From Cyanophora paradoxa CCMP329 (Eukaryota > Plantae > Glaucophyta), in assembly GCA_004431415.1 (NCBI GenBank), contig QPMI01000644.1:55905-119904 (forward strand): 64,000 nt of DNA, in the 5' to 3' direction. This document shows, piece after piece, positions 35,141 through 46,800 of this stretch. Numbering within the stretch: the stretch's first letter is position 1; each line of letters starts with the position of its first letter. Both the position numbers and the translations under genes were made by a program. Below the pieces are notes generated by a model. The model did no database searches and was not told where the DNA came from. It saw only the letters and a program-made list of their open reading frames with translations.

Positions 35141-36244
35141 ATTATTAATTGGGCTGCATTACCGCTGATTGCCATGAGCCGCAGTGAGCCCCCAGTGAGC
35201 CTCGGAGCCTGGCCATGGGAGAGCTTCGCCGAGTCGAATTCGGTTGTTTCAAATTTGAAGCAGAATACTTTCATGCCATAATGATCATGATCAAGCGCGC
35301 TCTCTAGATCTAGATCCCCCGCGGATCCGCCCAGGGCCACACGGAGAAGGCGCTGGCCGTACCCGTCCCCCGTCCCGACGTCGACTCCCGCGGTTGCGGT
35401 CGCGTGCACGTGCACGCGCACCGCCATTGAGCTCTATAGATCTCCTCCTCGGACCGTCGGACGGCCCCGCGGCCGCGAGCCGCGCGCGCCGCGGCCGCCA
35501 CCCGGCCGCGGCGCCCCGCCGGCGCCCCGCCCCGGCCCCGATCGCGACTCGGCGAGCCGCGCGCGGCCGGGGCTCGGCGGCTGCGCCGTTGCCCGCCGCG
35601 CCTCGAGCTCCGGGATCCGCGCGCTCCGCCCGCCCCGCGAGCCACCCCGCCGCGGCCGCCCGCCGCGCCGCGGTCGCGCCTAGGCCTCCGATCCGCCCCG
35701 CCCCGCGGCCGCCGGCGCCGGCGCCCCGCGAGCCACGCGCGCCGGGCGCCGCCGCCTGCCAGCGCGCGCGCGCGCGCGCCTCCGCCCCGCCCGGCGAGCC
35801 GCGCCGCCGCCCGTCACGCGCGCCTCGGTCGCGAGCTCCTAGGCCTTCGCCGAGTCGAATTCCTGCTGGGCGCGCGCCCGGCCCAGCGAGCTAGCGCTCG
35901 AGCGGCGCCGCGCCGGCGCCGCCGCGCCGCCTCGCCCGGGCCCGGCCGCGCCTCCCCCCGCCCCGCCCGGCGAGCCAAGCCTCCGGAGTCCGCCCGCCGC
36001 GCCTCCGCCCCGCCCGCCGGCCGGCGAGCCGCGCCGCCGCGCGCCCCCCGCGCCGACTAGCTGCCACCTGCAGAAGTCGACCCACCAGGAGCCGACCCGC
36101 CGGCTTTCGCCGACCCTCCATCAACGGCAGGGTACCGGAAATTGGAGCGTGCCAGCCCACTAGCCAGCCCTAACTCAGCTGGTCGACGACGCTGCTAGTA
36201 CAGCGCAACGCCGCCAGCGCTGGTTGCCAGATCTAAACGCGCGG

Positions 36245-37403
36245 ATGCAACGCTTCAGGCAATGGTTGCCAGGTGGCGGCGCGAAGAATTCGAAGACGGC
36301 GCCCCCGCCCGCCCCGACGTATCAGTGGCAGAATGGATACGCTCCGAATTACACGCCGGCCAATCAGCACCATTACGCTCCTACCAGCGGCGGCCACAAA
36401 CCAGCCATCGCTGGCCAGTACTACGTACAGTGCTACGCGCAGACGGTGCGCTCTGCGGCATGATCGATGCCAATCCATTCTTCTGCGTCTCTTTGACGTC
36501 GAGACGCGCGCGCACCGTCCACTGCGCAGGGCTGCCCGTACGGCCGGGGAGTTGACATCTCGTGCCGCACGGGCGCCAGATTCGACCAAGAAGCCTGCCG
36601 CTCGGCGTGCCAGCAAGCCGGCGGCAAGTCCTACAAGCTCGCCCCCATGGACGCCGCCGCGCCGCTCGCGTCGACCCTGGCCCGCTACGCCCCCCGCTGC
36701 CACGAAATCTCCCCCGCGGCGCCGGCGGCCAGCGCGGGCCGCGCCCGCTCGTACTCGGACTACTCGCTCTCCGAGAGCTTCGAGGAGACGGCCAACTACT
36801 ACATGAACCTGCCCACGTACAAGGACTCGACTGGGCAGGCGATGACGCAGCTGCACGCGCAGCGCGGGCGCCCCTGGCGCCACGTCGACTCCGACGACGC
36901 GCCCGCCGCGGAGGACGACAACGCCCCCGCCGAAGGTGCCGCCCGCTTGGCCGTCTAGATCTCGAATTTCGAGTTCCCGCCCGTCGGATTGCAATTGCTC
37001 AGATTCGATCGCGGACGCAGGCGGCGGCTTCCAGCCGTACGCGTTCGGCGGCGAGGAAACCGACGCCGACGCCTACGCTGACGCCGGGGCGGGCGGGGAG
37101 GCGCTGGCCGACGACCCCGCCGCCCTCGCGGCCGCGCCCGACATCGACCTCACCTCAGCGGTGCGCTCTCAACGGGGGACGCCGCCGCTTGTTGAACGGA
37201 AGCACGCCTAGCGCCTCCGCCTCCACGCCTAGCGGGATCTAATTCCCTCGCCTAAACTCTACGGCGGACCGCGCGGCGTCCCTCGGCCCTCGGCGCCGTT
37301 CCGCTGACGCCTTCGCGCGCGCGGCCCGCAGGGGGAGGAGGCGGGGCTGGCGGCCGCGGCGGCGGCCTCCGACCTCGACCGCTTCTTCCACGCCCTCCTG
37401 TAA
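36245..37403 (+). CDS. Hypothetical protein (Tyr/Gln/Pro-rich N-terminus, small Cys cluster, acidic C-terminus)
   Basis: Exons MQRFRQWLPGG..YYVQCYAQT | GCPYGRG..FDQEACRSACQQ..YYMNLPTYKD..DNAPAE | GGGFQPYAFGGEE..DLTSA | GEEA..DLDRFFHALL* joined by GT-AG introns. Confidence 0.55.
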
Positions 37404-37860
37404 ATCGACCTGTACATGTCCAGCTGGATCTCTCGATCCCACAGAGTCTCTGTGCATTATCATAGCGTACGTTAATTTATGTAGTGTCATATAGTATAAT
37501 AACTTGTATACGTACTTTGCATTTGATCGATATCTGATATGAGACGGCCTTTGCATACTCATGTAAATTGACCTGTCCAGCTGGATCTGGATCTGGCCGC
37601 GGCCGTCTGCCACCAGGGCCCGGCGGCTGGAATCAGGCTGCCTCGAGCTCGATCTCGGTCCTTTGTGTTTCATCGTTTCAAAGAGCTCATCTAGCTCTCC
37701 ATAGTCTCTCTCTCACATGTACACACAGAGTTCAACGGTTTCTGTACAAATTTTCATACCTGCATAGCCTAGTAGTATTATAGCGTACGTTAATTGATGT
37801 CGACGTCGCATTTTCATATAGCATATAGCATATAGCATACTTCGCATTTGATCTGATTAA
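37399..37860. repeat. Degenerate tandem duplication of stop/3' flank region
   Basis: TGTAAAT(C/T)GACCTGT..CCAGCTGGATCT at ~37399 and ~37562; ATAGCGTACGTTAATT at ~37462 and ~37780; ACTT(T/C)GCATTTGATC at ~37514 and ~37839. Confidence 0.7.
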
Positions 37861-38348
37861 ATAATTATATTGAGTTTGAATTCAAGCGCTAGCATTCATA
37901 TGCGTACGCGTTGCGGGCCCGCCCGCCGGCGCCGGGGGCCGCGAGAAGGCGGCCGATCGCGAGATCTAGACTCTGAGAAGGCGGCAGATGTAGCTATAGA
38001 GGACGCGCATGCGCAGCGCGCGCGCGATCGCGAGCTCCGTGTCGCAATCGAGGTCGTCAATGCATATGCGCGCAGATCATCGGATCTATAGCTAAAGCAC
38101 AATTGCAAACGCGCACTGCCGCCGCGCCGCTGATCATGAGCTCCGCCGGCGCCGCGTGCCGCTTGGACGGCGTCTCCGTCCTCGAGCCGTGTTCGGGCGC
38201 GCGTCGCCTGCGGCTAATTATCGTTCTCCCCCGGCTAGCGCTGCTGCCGCAGTGCAAAACAAAAATACGTGTACCGAGTGCGAGAGAAGTGGCGCCGGGG
38301 GGGGGGGGGGGGGGGGGGGGGCAGGGAAGGCGGATCCGCAATAACAGG

Positions 38349-40801
38349 TTACCCGGCCGCGGGCCCCTCCGCGCGGGGTACCTTCCGCGGGGGCGGGGGC
38401 CCCGCGGGGCGGTGCTCGGGGTACAGGGACGGGGGGTACGGCGGGCAGGGCAGGAATCGCCCGGCGCCCCGCGGGGCGGCCAGGCGCCCCGCCTCGAACA
38501 CGACCCGACCGGCGCTCAGCGTCGCCTCGACTGTACCCCGGACCTCCCAGCCCTCGTAGATGCTCTGCCCGGCGCTGGAGTGCTGCGTCGCGGCGCGGAG
38601 GGTGCGGCGCCCCGCGGGGTCGAAAACAACGACGTCCCCGTCCGACCCCTCCGCGATCACGCCCTGTCCGACCGAGCCCGGCTTAGGGAGAGGGGGGCGG
38701 GGGGCGGGGGGGGGGGGCGGACCTTGCGGGGGTACAGGTTGAAAATCTGGGCGGCGGCGGTGCTCGTCACGCGCACGAAGTCGTTGGGCGTGAGGTGGCC
38801 CGTCGCCTGCAAGAAAGCAAGCTCGGAGGGGGGTTCGATCGGACAGGGGTACAGCGCACGACGGCGGTGTGCCATAGGAGGGGCATGCGCTCCTCGACGC
38901 CCGTCACCCCGTTGGGGATCTGCGGGCGAGCGCTCGCGGGGTCAGCGGGCGGCAGCAAGAGAGCAAGGAAGGGAAGCGGGGGATCTGGGTCCAGCTGGAT
39001 AACTATAGATGGATAGATGGGCGTGCCCCCGTTTAGTAGACAGGGAAGACGCCAGGCAGCGGCGCTGGGCGCGCCCCCGTCCAAGAATAAAGCTCGAACG
39101 CGCCTTTGTGAAGTCGTTGCGGCCGGCGGCCTTCTGGGCGGGGGTGAAGGCGCAGTGGTCCGTGCCGACGAGCTGGAGGGAGCCGGCCCGCAGGTGCGCA
39201 AGGAGGGCTTCGGCGTGGCCCGCGGGGCGGATCGGCGGGCTCATGACGTGGATCGCCGCCCGCAGCCAGTCCTCCTGCGCACGGACCGCCCAGCGTTAGC
39301 CTCGAGTCCGGGAGAGAGACAAGGAGGGGGAGTGTGGTGGTAGTTGAAGGGGCGGGGAGAGGTGAGGGGTGAGGAGGTGGAGAGGTGGTGGTGGGGGTAG
39401 TTGGTGGGGAGGCGGGGGGTACCTGGTAGTACACGGAGTCGTTGAGGGTCAGCCCCGCCAGAACCGCCTCCCCTCTGCCGGCAGCCGTTAGGAGAAGGGG
39501 GGGGAAAGAGGGAGGGGGGTAGAGGCAGGGCGCACATGACGGTCTGGCCGCGGGCGCGGGCGGCGGCGACGGCCTCGGCGGCCTCCTTCGCCATGACGTG
39601 GACGACGTAGAGGGGCGCCCCCGCCTGCGCCGCGATGGCCGCCGCACGCGCCGTCGCCTCCGCCTCGAGCGCCGCCGGGCGGCTCTGGGGGTGGCCCTCG
39701 GGGCCCGTGACCCCCGCGGCGAGGAGGCTGCGCTGGCCCAGAGCGACGAGGTCGCCGTTCTCGGCGTGGACCATCGGCACGGCGCCCGCGCGCGCCGCCA
39801 GCGCCATCGCCTCGTACGCGGCCTCGTCCGAGACCTGATTAAGTCAAATGAGTCAGACCTGATTCAGGTGAGTCAGATGGGTCAGATCGGACCTGCAGGG
39901 CGCCCTTGTAGGCGAGGAAGACCTTCAGGGAGTTTACGCCCTTCTCTTTTATGAGTACCTCCAGCTCGCGGGCGACCCGATCGTCCCACCTAAGTCAAGA
40001 AGTCAGAAGGGAGGGGAGGGCAGAGCTGGGTCGGGGGCGGGCCGGTTGACGGCCATGTGGAGCCCCCAGTCGACGGCGGCCTTCTCGCCTATGCGGCGGT
40101 ACCGCTCGTACGTCTCCAGGGGGTACTCGTCCCCCACAGGGATCGCGAAGTCCACTGCGGGCGCTCCGTTTAGGAGCCGCGGGGCGGGGCGGGGCGCGGG
40201 CGGGCGGGCGGGCGGACGGAGGGTGGTGGTGCCCCCCGCGGCGGCGGCGGCGGTGCCTGTGTAGTAGTCGTCCGCCGTGACCGTACCCATGAACGGCATC
40301 TCGAGGTGGACGTGCGGGTCTACCCCGCCTGCGGCCGCCCGCCCGTCTCAGCGGCCTTGGCGGTTGCCGCGGTGCTGGCGCGAGCGCACCCGGGAGGACG
40401 AGGAGGCCCGAAGCGTTTACAACGCGCGTGCCGGGGCCGGTCGTGAGGTTCAGACCGACGGCGCGGATGACGCCGCCCTCGATGTATACGTCGGCGCGGA
40501 AGCAGCGGTCCGCGTTGACCACCGTCCCGCCCGCCACCAGAACCTGCGCACGCACGCCCGCCCGCCCGCTCGGCGAAGCGCGAGCGAACGAAGCAGAGCG
40601 AAGTGCCGCACCGGTGCAGTCGTTACCGCTGCGAAGTCGTCCGCTGCCGCTGCATCGCTGGCCGCCGCGGCTGCTGCGTACGCCACAGCGAGGAGCGCGA
40701 CGGCGACGAGGCGGAGGAGGCGCCCCGCGGGCCCCGCCTGCGCGAAGGTTTGAGAAGAACGCGTGGGCAGCGTGGGAGGCCCGGCGTCGCTCGCGCACCA
40801 T
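38349..40801 (-). CDS. PYD2: Dihydropyrimidinase (D-hydantoinase, PYD2/DPYS) with N-terminal signal peptide
   Basis: GGTVVNAD, PG|GVDPHVHLEMPFMG, GGTTT, GVNSLKVFLAYK (carbamylated Lys), MVHAENG, LYVVHVM, VMSPPIR, VGTDHCAF, IPNGVTGVEERM, AQIFNLYPRK|GVIAEGSDGD. Confidence 0.95.
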
Positions 40802-41329
40802 CAATCAAGCGTCGGGCGGCCGCCCCGAAGGGGCGAGCGATCAGGCCGGCGCGCGGGGCTCTGCAGAATCGCAAGAAGAGAACCAGCTGCAGGGGGACCG
40901 CTTGCGGGCGGCCGGCTTCGCTGACAGCTAGCTGGTACCGGTGCCGCCGCCGAGACTTCGTTCGCGGCATGCGTGGCCGCGGGGTACAGCCCGTACGATC
41001 TGGTCTTGCTCTGACGCGCGGCCTGGCAGCCAGGACGAGGACGCAGCGGCAGCGCCGGATCGCGGAGCAGCGCCTATCGCGCCGAAGGCATTCGTTTCTC
41101 GCAGAACGAGGATCATCGCGCCTAAGCAGCGAGTCGCAGCGCTTCCTCGTCGAACAGTGCGCCCATCAGCGCAGCAGCGTTCGAAGTCAACCCATTGAGC
41201 GATTCCGCGGCCCGCAGCTCGCGCTCCAGCAGCCCGTGCGAGGTCGGCAGGGCGCCGCGGCCGCCCAGCGCTTATTGTCGAAGCCGGAGTGAGCGTCGAG
41301 GCATGCGAGCGCGGTAGTGAGCTTCAGGC

Positions 41330-43532
41330 ATGCCGCCGTCGCAGCTCGGATTCGTGTTGACCTGCGCTGCTCTGGCGGGCTTCTTCGTGGCTGCTCTGTT
41401 CAGCCTGCAAGATGCGCCGCTGCCATCCCTACTTCTTGCCTCAATCGCACCGCCTTTCCAAGCACCGCGAGTGCGTTCCGCGTGCCCCCGCTGCGCGCAG
41501 CTGCATCTGCTTATCCTCGTCTTCAGGCAGCTACGCATGCAGGGCAGCCGCTGTGGGACAAGAAGGGCCTAGGGCCCGGCATCAAGACCTTGAATCGCAC
41601 CTCGAAAGCTTTCCTGTCCCTTTCCGACGGCCTGCTGGTCCTCACTGTCCTGCGACTGAAAACGCCGACCGGCCTCGCACACAACCCATTCAGGAGCCAG
41701 ATCGAACGATACACCAGACCTTTCCAGCCTTTCCTCGCCGGGGCGCAACCGGTGGAAGCGCTAGCTCGAGATGAAGGATGGCAGCTCGTGTTCAGTGACT
41801 TCCTCGATGGCCCGATCGACTGCATCTCCGAGGATTCCGGCTGGCTGGCGGTCTCTTATCGGGAGTATCGCGAGGAGGAGCAGGTCAACCGTGTGCGGAT
41901 CTTCAGGCCGCAGAACCACAGCTCCGAGGAAATTTCCCTGCCAGGAAATGCCAGGTACCCCCCCCTCCCCCCCCCCTGGCGCGCTTAGACGCTCCCATCT
42001 TAATGCTTCTCCCCTCTCAGAGTGACTACTCTGGCGTTCATCAGCGAGACCCGAAGTCTGTACTATTCAAGGGAGAGCGATCTAAGAGGTTCGGCTTTCT
42101 TTGGTGTACTGCACTTTCATCCTTTGAATTTTCGCCAGTATTCCGGGTCATTCGTCTCAAGGACGACGGGTGGCGTTTCGGGCAACCAGGCCCCTTCGCT
42201 GACAGGCGGAACTTCGTGGAAACAGTGGTGATACAGCCTTTGCACTCCAGCGGGTGCGAGCGTAGCTCTGTCCTTCGATTGCGATCATATACGTCTAACG
42301 CGAGCGCAGGAACATATCCGCCGTCCTTTCCGTCTCCATCCAAGTACGGGACAGCCAAGCGTCCGTCGTCTTCCGGACGTACACGTCCAGCAAGGAGGAC
42401 GACGAGTGGCAGCAATCGTCGACGTACTGGAGCCACGACCTCATGTTCCACGACAGCATCCATTCCCTGACCGTCGCCGCCGCGGCGAGCACCGACCTGA
42501 AGCGCGTCGTCGTCTCTCTCGGCCACCTCACTCTCGGCCTCGAGCACCACCACGGGTCGAGAAATCTCTACACGGCCCAAGAACTTGTCATCTCGGAGGC
42601 CTATCTGTTTGAAGGTGCGCCGATTCCAAAGTAGCTCATCTGATTCGAATTCTGAGATTGCATCAGGGCTGCGGATCGTCGGTTATTCAGAGGACGGTCG
42701 GACCGTCCTGGCCCTCACAGACGACGGCGAAGCGCTGGTGCTGCAGAGATCCTCTGCGGCAAGCGGAGGAACGTTCCTCGAGCCGCTCGCCGGGGGCTAC
42801 CAGCGCTTCGGCGGGAGGAAGTTCAGCGACGTGCTGGCGGACCTGCTGGCGCTCTCGGCCAAGGGGGGGGGCAACGCCTCGAGCTCGAGCTCGGGGACGC
42901 CCCGTCGTTCCCGCGAGGAGGGCCCACCGGAAGTGGAGGAGTGGGGCGGCATCCGTGGCGGCAGAGGGTCGGACTCCTCTCCAGAGGTGCTCTACCTGGA
43001 CGTTGAAGGTGCCAAAATTGAAGTTCTGCCTCGCTCGCAATTAATATTGCAACCGGTCGGTCTTGACAAAGCGGCAGGGTTTTTCTCGCCGCACAGCCGG
43101 GATTCTCCAATCCGCTACTCGGCGCTGGCGGCCCTGCACGTCTCCCACGAAGGGGAGGATTTCCTGCTGCTCGCGCACTCGCATGGATACGTCTCCTTCT
43201 ACAAGCTCTCCTCTCAGCTGTCGATCAAGGGGGGCCTGATCGCTTTTGCAAGATTGAGGTCCGTTGTGAACGTTTTCAGTCGCTTCATCCTTCATTAATA
43301 TCGCTCGTGTTAATAATTGTTGTGGCTCTTGCTCAGGTGGAAGCTGATCGTAAAAACTATGGGACTGGCCGCGCTTCTGGTGCTGGGGGCGGTCGCGGCG
43401 CTCTCCATGCCTAGAAGGATTACGATCAGGACCGGTACCTTCACTGCGTATACACCTGCAGCCGCAGCTGCCCAGCCCCAGCCCATGGTTGTCCCGCCTC
43501 GGCCCCCGGCCCCACTGCAAGGGCCTGGATGA
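41330..43532 (+). CDS. Hypothetical membrane protein with N- and C-terminal hydrophobic segments around a beta-rich domain; possible extra 5' exons from ~40969
   Basis: LGFVLTCAALAGFFVAALFSL and MGLAALLVLGAVAALSM segments. Intervening exons have WD/propeller-like pieces (VTTLAFISETRSLYYSR, IVGYSEDGRTVLALTDDGEALVL, LLLAHSHGYVSFYKL). Confidence 0.62.
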
Positions 43533-43856
43533 ACACTTATCAATTGAAACGCTTGAATTAAATAGAACTGAGTAGTGAGCCCTCGGCCACGGCCGCGGGC
43601 GGCGGGCGGGCGGGCGGCGGGTCGCTGCGTCGGAGTGCCATCATAAGAATATATTCGAATTGAATTCCAAACCTATCATGAAACGAATATTCACTCATAA
43701 TTCGAAGCCCCTAAAGTCTACAGGCTTGATAGGGACCCCTAATAGTTTGCCGGGCGGGCCTCCCAGAATCTCAGCCGAGACAGATCTCTAGAGTGCGGCT
43801 GCAGGTCTCGAGGGGGCGGCCGGCAGCGGGGCCAGAGCCCTAGAGAGCGGTCAGGG

Positions 43857-46800
43857 TCAGGCCCCCGCGGCGATGTTCTCGACGAGGATGCGCTGCCCGA
43901 GGGCCAGGCGCTTGAGGGCCTGCTCGAGGGAGAGCTCGGCGGGAGGGGGCGGCCCCGCCGAGGCGCTCGCGAGCCGCTGCTTCCGCGCCGCCCGCAGCGC
44001 ATCGGAGACGTCGCCCACCGCATCGGCGAGGACGCGGTTCAGCTGCCCCGCGCGGCCCGCCGGCGCCCCCGCGGGGCCCTCGACGGGCTCGGGCGGCCGC
44101 GGCGCCAGCGCCTCGCGGGTCCACGCGCGGCCCTCCGCCGCCGCCGCCATCGGCGCGGTCGGGGCCTCTCCGCCGGCGCCCGCCCCGCCCCGCCCCGCGA
44201 GCAGCTGCGGGGCGAATGAGCTCATACGATATCTGAGTTCAGCGAGGCGGGGCTGGGCACACGGAGAGGGGGAACTCGAGGATGTTGAGGGGCGGGGCTG
44301 CAAGGCGTCCTCTCAGAAGAAAGCTTTCAAAGGGGGAGAAAACGGGGGCGCACGGAGGTTGTGGTCGGGCCCCGCGTAGGCCGTCACCAGCCGCGAGAAG
44401 GAGAGGCACTGCGGCCGGGCGCGGGGCAGTATATAAGACAGGCCCGCAGCCGGACAGGGCGGGGCGGGCGCGAGCTCGAGGCGACCGCACCCGCTCGTAC
44501 TTGGCGTTTCCGGCGTGGCTGCTCTCGAGTTAGGAAGGAGAGGGCGCGGGCGAGGCTTTGGAGGGGCGGCGGGGCGGGGCGGGGCGGGCCTCTTGTAGGT
44601 GGAGGAGAAGGAGGCGATGAGGAGGTTCAGCAGCAGGATGTTCGCGCACGCCATATACACCATCCTGCGCCGGCGCCGCAACCTCAGAAGCGGCGGCGGC
44701 GGCGGCGGAGAGGCGGGGGCTGGGGCGGGGGCGGACATGACGAGGGGGGCGAGGAGGGGCGGGGAGGTGGCCGGCAGCTCCCGAAGTCAAAGGCCCCGAA
44801 GAACGCGTGCACGAACTGATCCGAAGAGGGCCGTCAGAAAGGGGGGAAGGGTGGGGGGGGGGGGGGGGGGAGGAGGAGGGAGGCGCGGGCCTGGGGAGGA
44901 CGCCTGAGAGGAGGGAGCGGAGGGAGACGAAGAGCGCCTCCTCCGGCGGCGAGACCAGCGCTGTGCAGGGCCGCGTGGCGGGGGCGGGGGGGGGGGGGGG
45001 GAGGGGGGGCCTTCGGACCGTCGAGGACCTGGCATGGGGGTCAGGAGGAAGCGGAGGGGTGGGGTGGGGTGGGGTGGGGGAGAGGGGGGGGGAACCTGGG
45101 AGAACCCGAGCGTCATGACGACGATGACGAGGAGGTACGTCCCGAAGTCCTTGAACAGCTTCCCTGAGGGGCAATCAGGGGGGTCCAGGCGGCAGGGGGG
45201 TACTGGGCCGCCGCGCGCCCAGCACGGTAAGGATGAATCCGAGGCGGTTGCTCATCATCTGCAGGGCACAGCGGTTCGGAAAAGAGAGGCGGGGGGGGAG
45301 GGGGGAGGGGGTACAGGGTGGGCGCACGGCGATGTGGAGGGGCCGGACCCAGAGAGGTACGGCGTTGAAGCTGATGACGACCCAGGCGGCGCCCTCGAGG
45401 CCCTCCGAGCGCGCCAAGGCCGCCAGCAGACGCCTGCCGCAGCGGCTCAGGCGGGGGAAGGGGGGGGGAGGGGGGGGGTAGGGGAATGGCGCGCACATGG
45501 AGCCGCCGACCTGCGAACAACGAAGCCTCAGAAAGAAACAAACGGAGGAGACAGAGGGGAGCAGAGCCCGCGCACGGCGAAGAAGGCGAGGATGGTCAGG
45601 TCCGCAATGTTCCAAGGGTCCCGCCTGCGCGCGCGCGCCGCTCAGCTGAGCGGCTCAGCTGAGCGCCCGAGCCCGGGGCGGGGGAGGGGCGGGGCTGGAT
45701 GGCCGGCCGGCCGGCTCGCCCGAAGGCGTCCGGCCGAGGGCCGCCGCTTAACCGATCGCCCACGCCTACGGCCGCAACGGTGCAGCCGAGGGCAGCTGAC
45801 TATACTCGAGTGGACGCTTAGATTTAAGCTTAGCGCGCCGAGCGCCCAAGCCCAGGGCCCGCCGGCTCGCCTGAAGGCGGCCCAAACGAGGGCGCGCAGC
45901 TAATTAAAAGTGCGCCGAGGGCCCAAGCCTAGGGCGGGGGGCGGGGCGGGGGCCGGGGGCCGGCTCGCCTGTAGGCGGTCGGGCCGAGGGCGCGCAGCTA
46001 ACAACTATAAGCGCGTGAACCCTTCGATTTAAGCACATATAATATAATCAGCGCGACGAGCGCCCAAGCCGAGGGCGGGGCCGGCTCGCCTGTAGGCGGT
46101 CCAGCCGAGGGCGCGGAGCTGCTGGACCTCGGAGACCGCAAAGCCGACCACGAAGAGCCCCAGCACAATCTGGGGGAGGGGCAAGTCAGATCAGATCAGA
46201 TCGGATTGGATCAGAACGGGGGGGGGGGGGGGGGGCGGGGGGAGGGTGGCGGGCCTCGCGGATGGGGTACGGGTCGATGAAGGCGGTTTTCTGCGGGGCG
46301 GGGCGGGCTCAGCGGGGGACGGGGGCGGGAGGGATGCGAGGAGGGGGGGGGGGGGGGGGGGAATAAGCTGGGGGAGGAGAGATAAGCGGGGGCGGCGTCT
46401 AATAGCCTTGCGAGCGTAGTCGGGCGGGGGCCGAGCGGGCGGGCGGGCGGGCGGCGTCTAGTCCCCTCCAGCCTCCGAGTCTCAGGCGGGGCGGGGGTTG
46501 GGCCGGGCCCGGTGGATAAGAGCGGTGCGACGGGAGGGGGGGGGGGAAGGAGGGGGGAGGGGGGAAGGAGGGGGGGAGGGGGGGGCCAAGAGCCGGCGAG
46601 GGGGCCGGGCGGGGGCCGGCCTGGTGGATGGCGACGGTGAGGGCCGGGGGCTGGGGGCCCCGGGCCCGGGCTGGGGGCCGGGGGGGGCGGGACGGGGCGG
46701 GACGGAATAAGGCGGGAGGGGGGTCCTGAGGCGGGCCTGGTGGATGACGACGGTGAAGGCGGCGAGGAAGAGGACGTACGAGACGATGTCCAGCACGAAC

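Noticed and set aside
35394-36060. Long extremely GC-rich open stretch upstream of the 36245 gene
   Set aside because: Low complexity, no ATG-led protein-like frame or splice pattern; probably promoter/UTR or degenerate repeat.
38296-38321. Long G/C homopolymers (also 44853, 46217, 54776, 56842) as G-quadruplex elements
   Set aside because: Ubiquitous in introns and 3' flanks here, and lengths are unreliable in assemblies; no specific signal.
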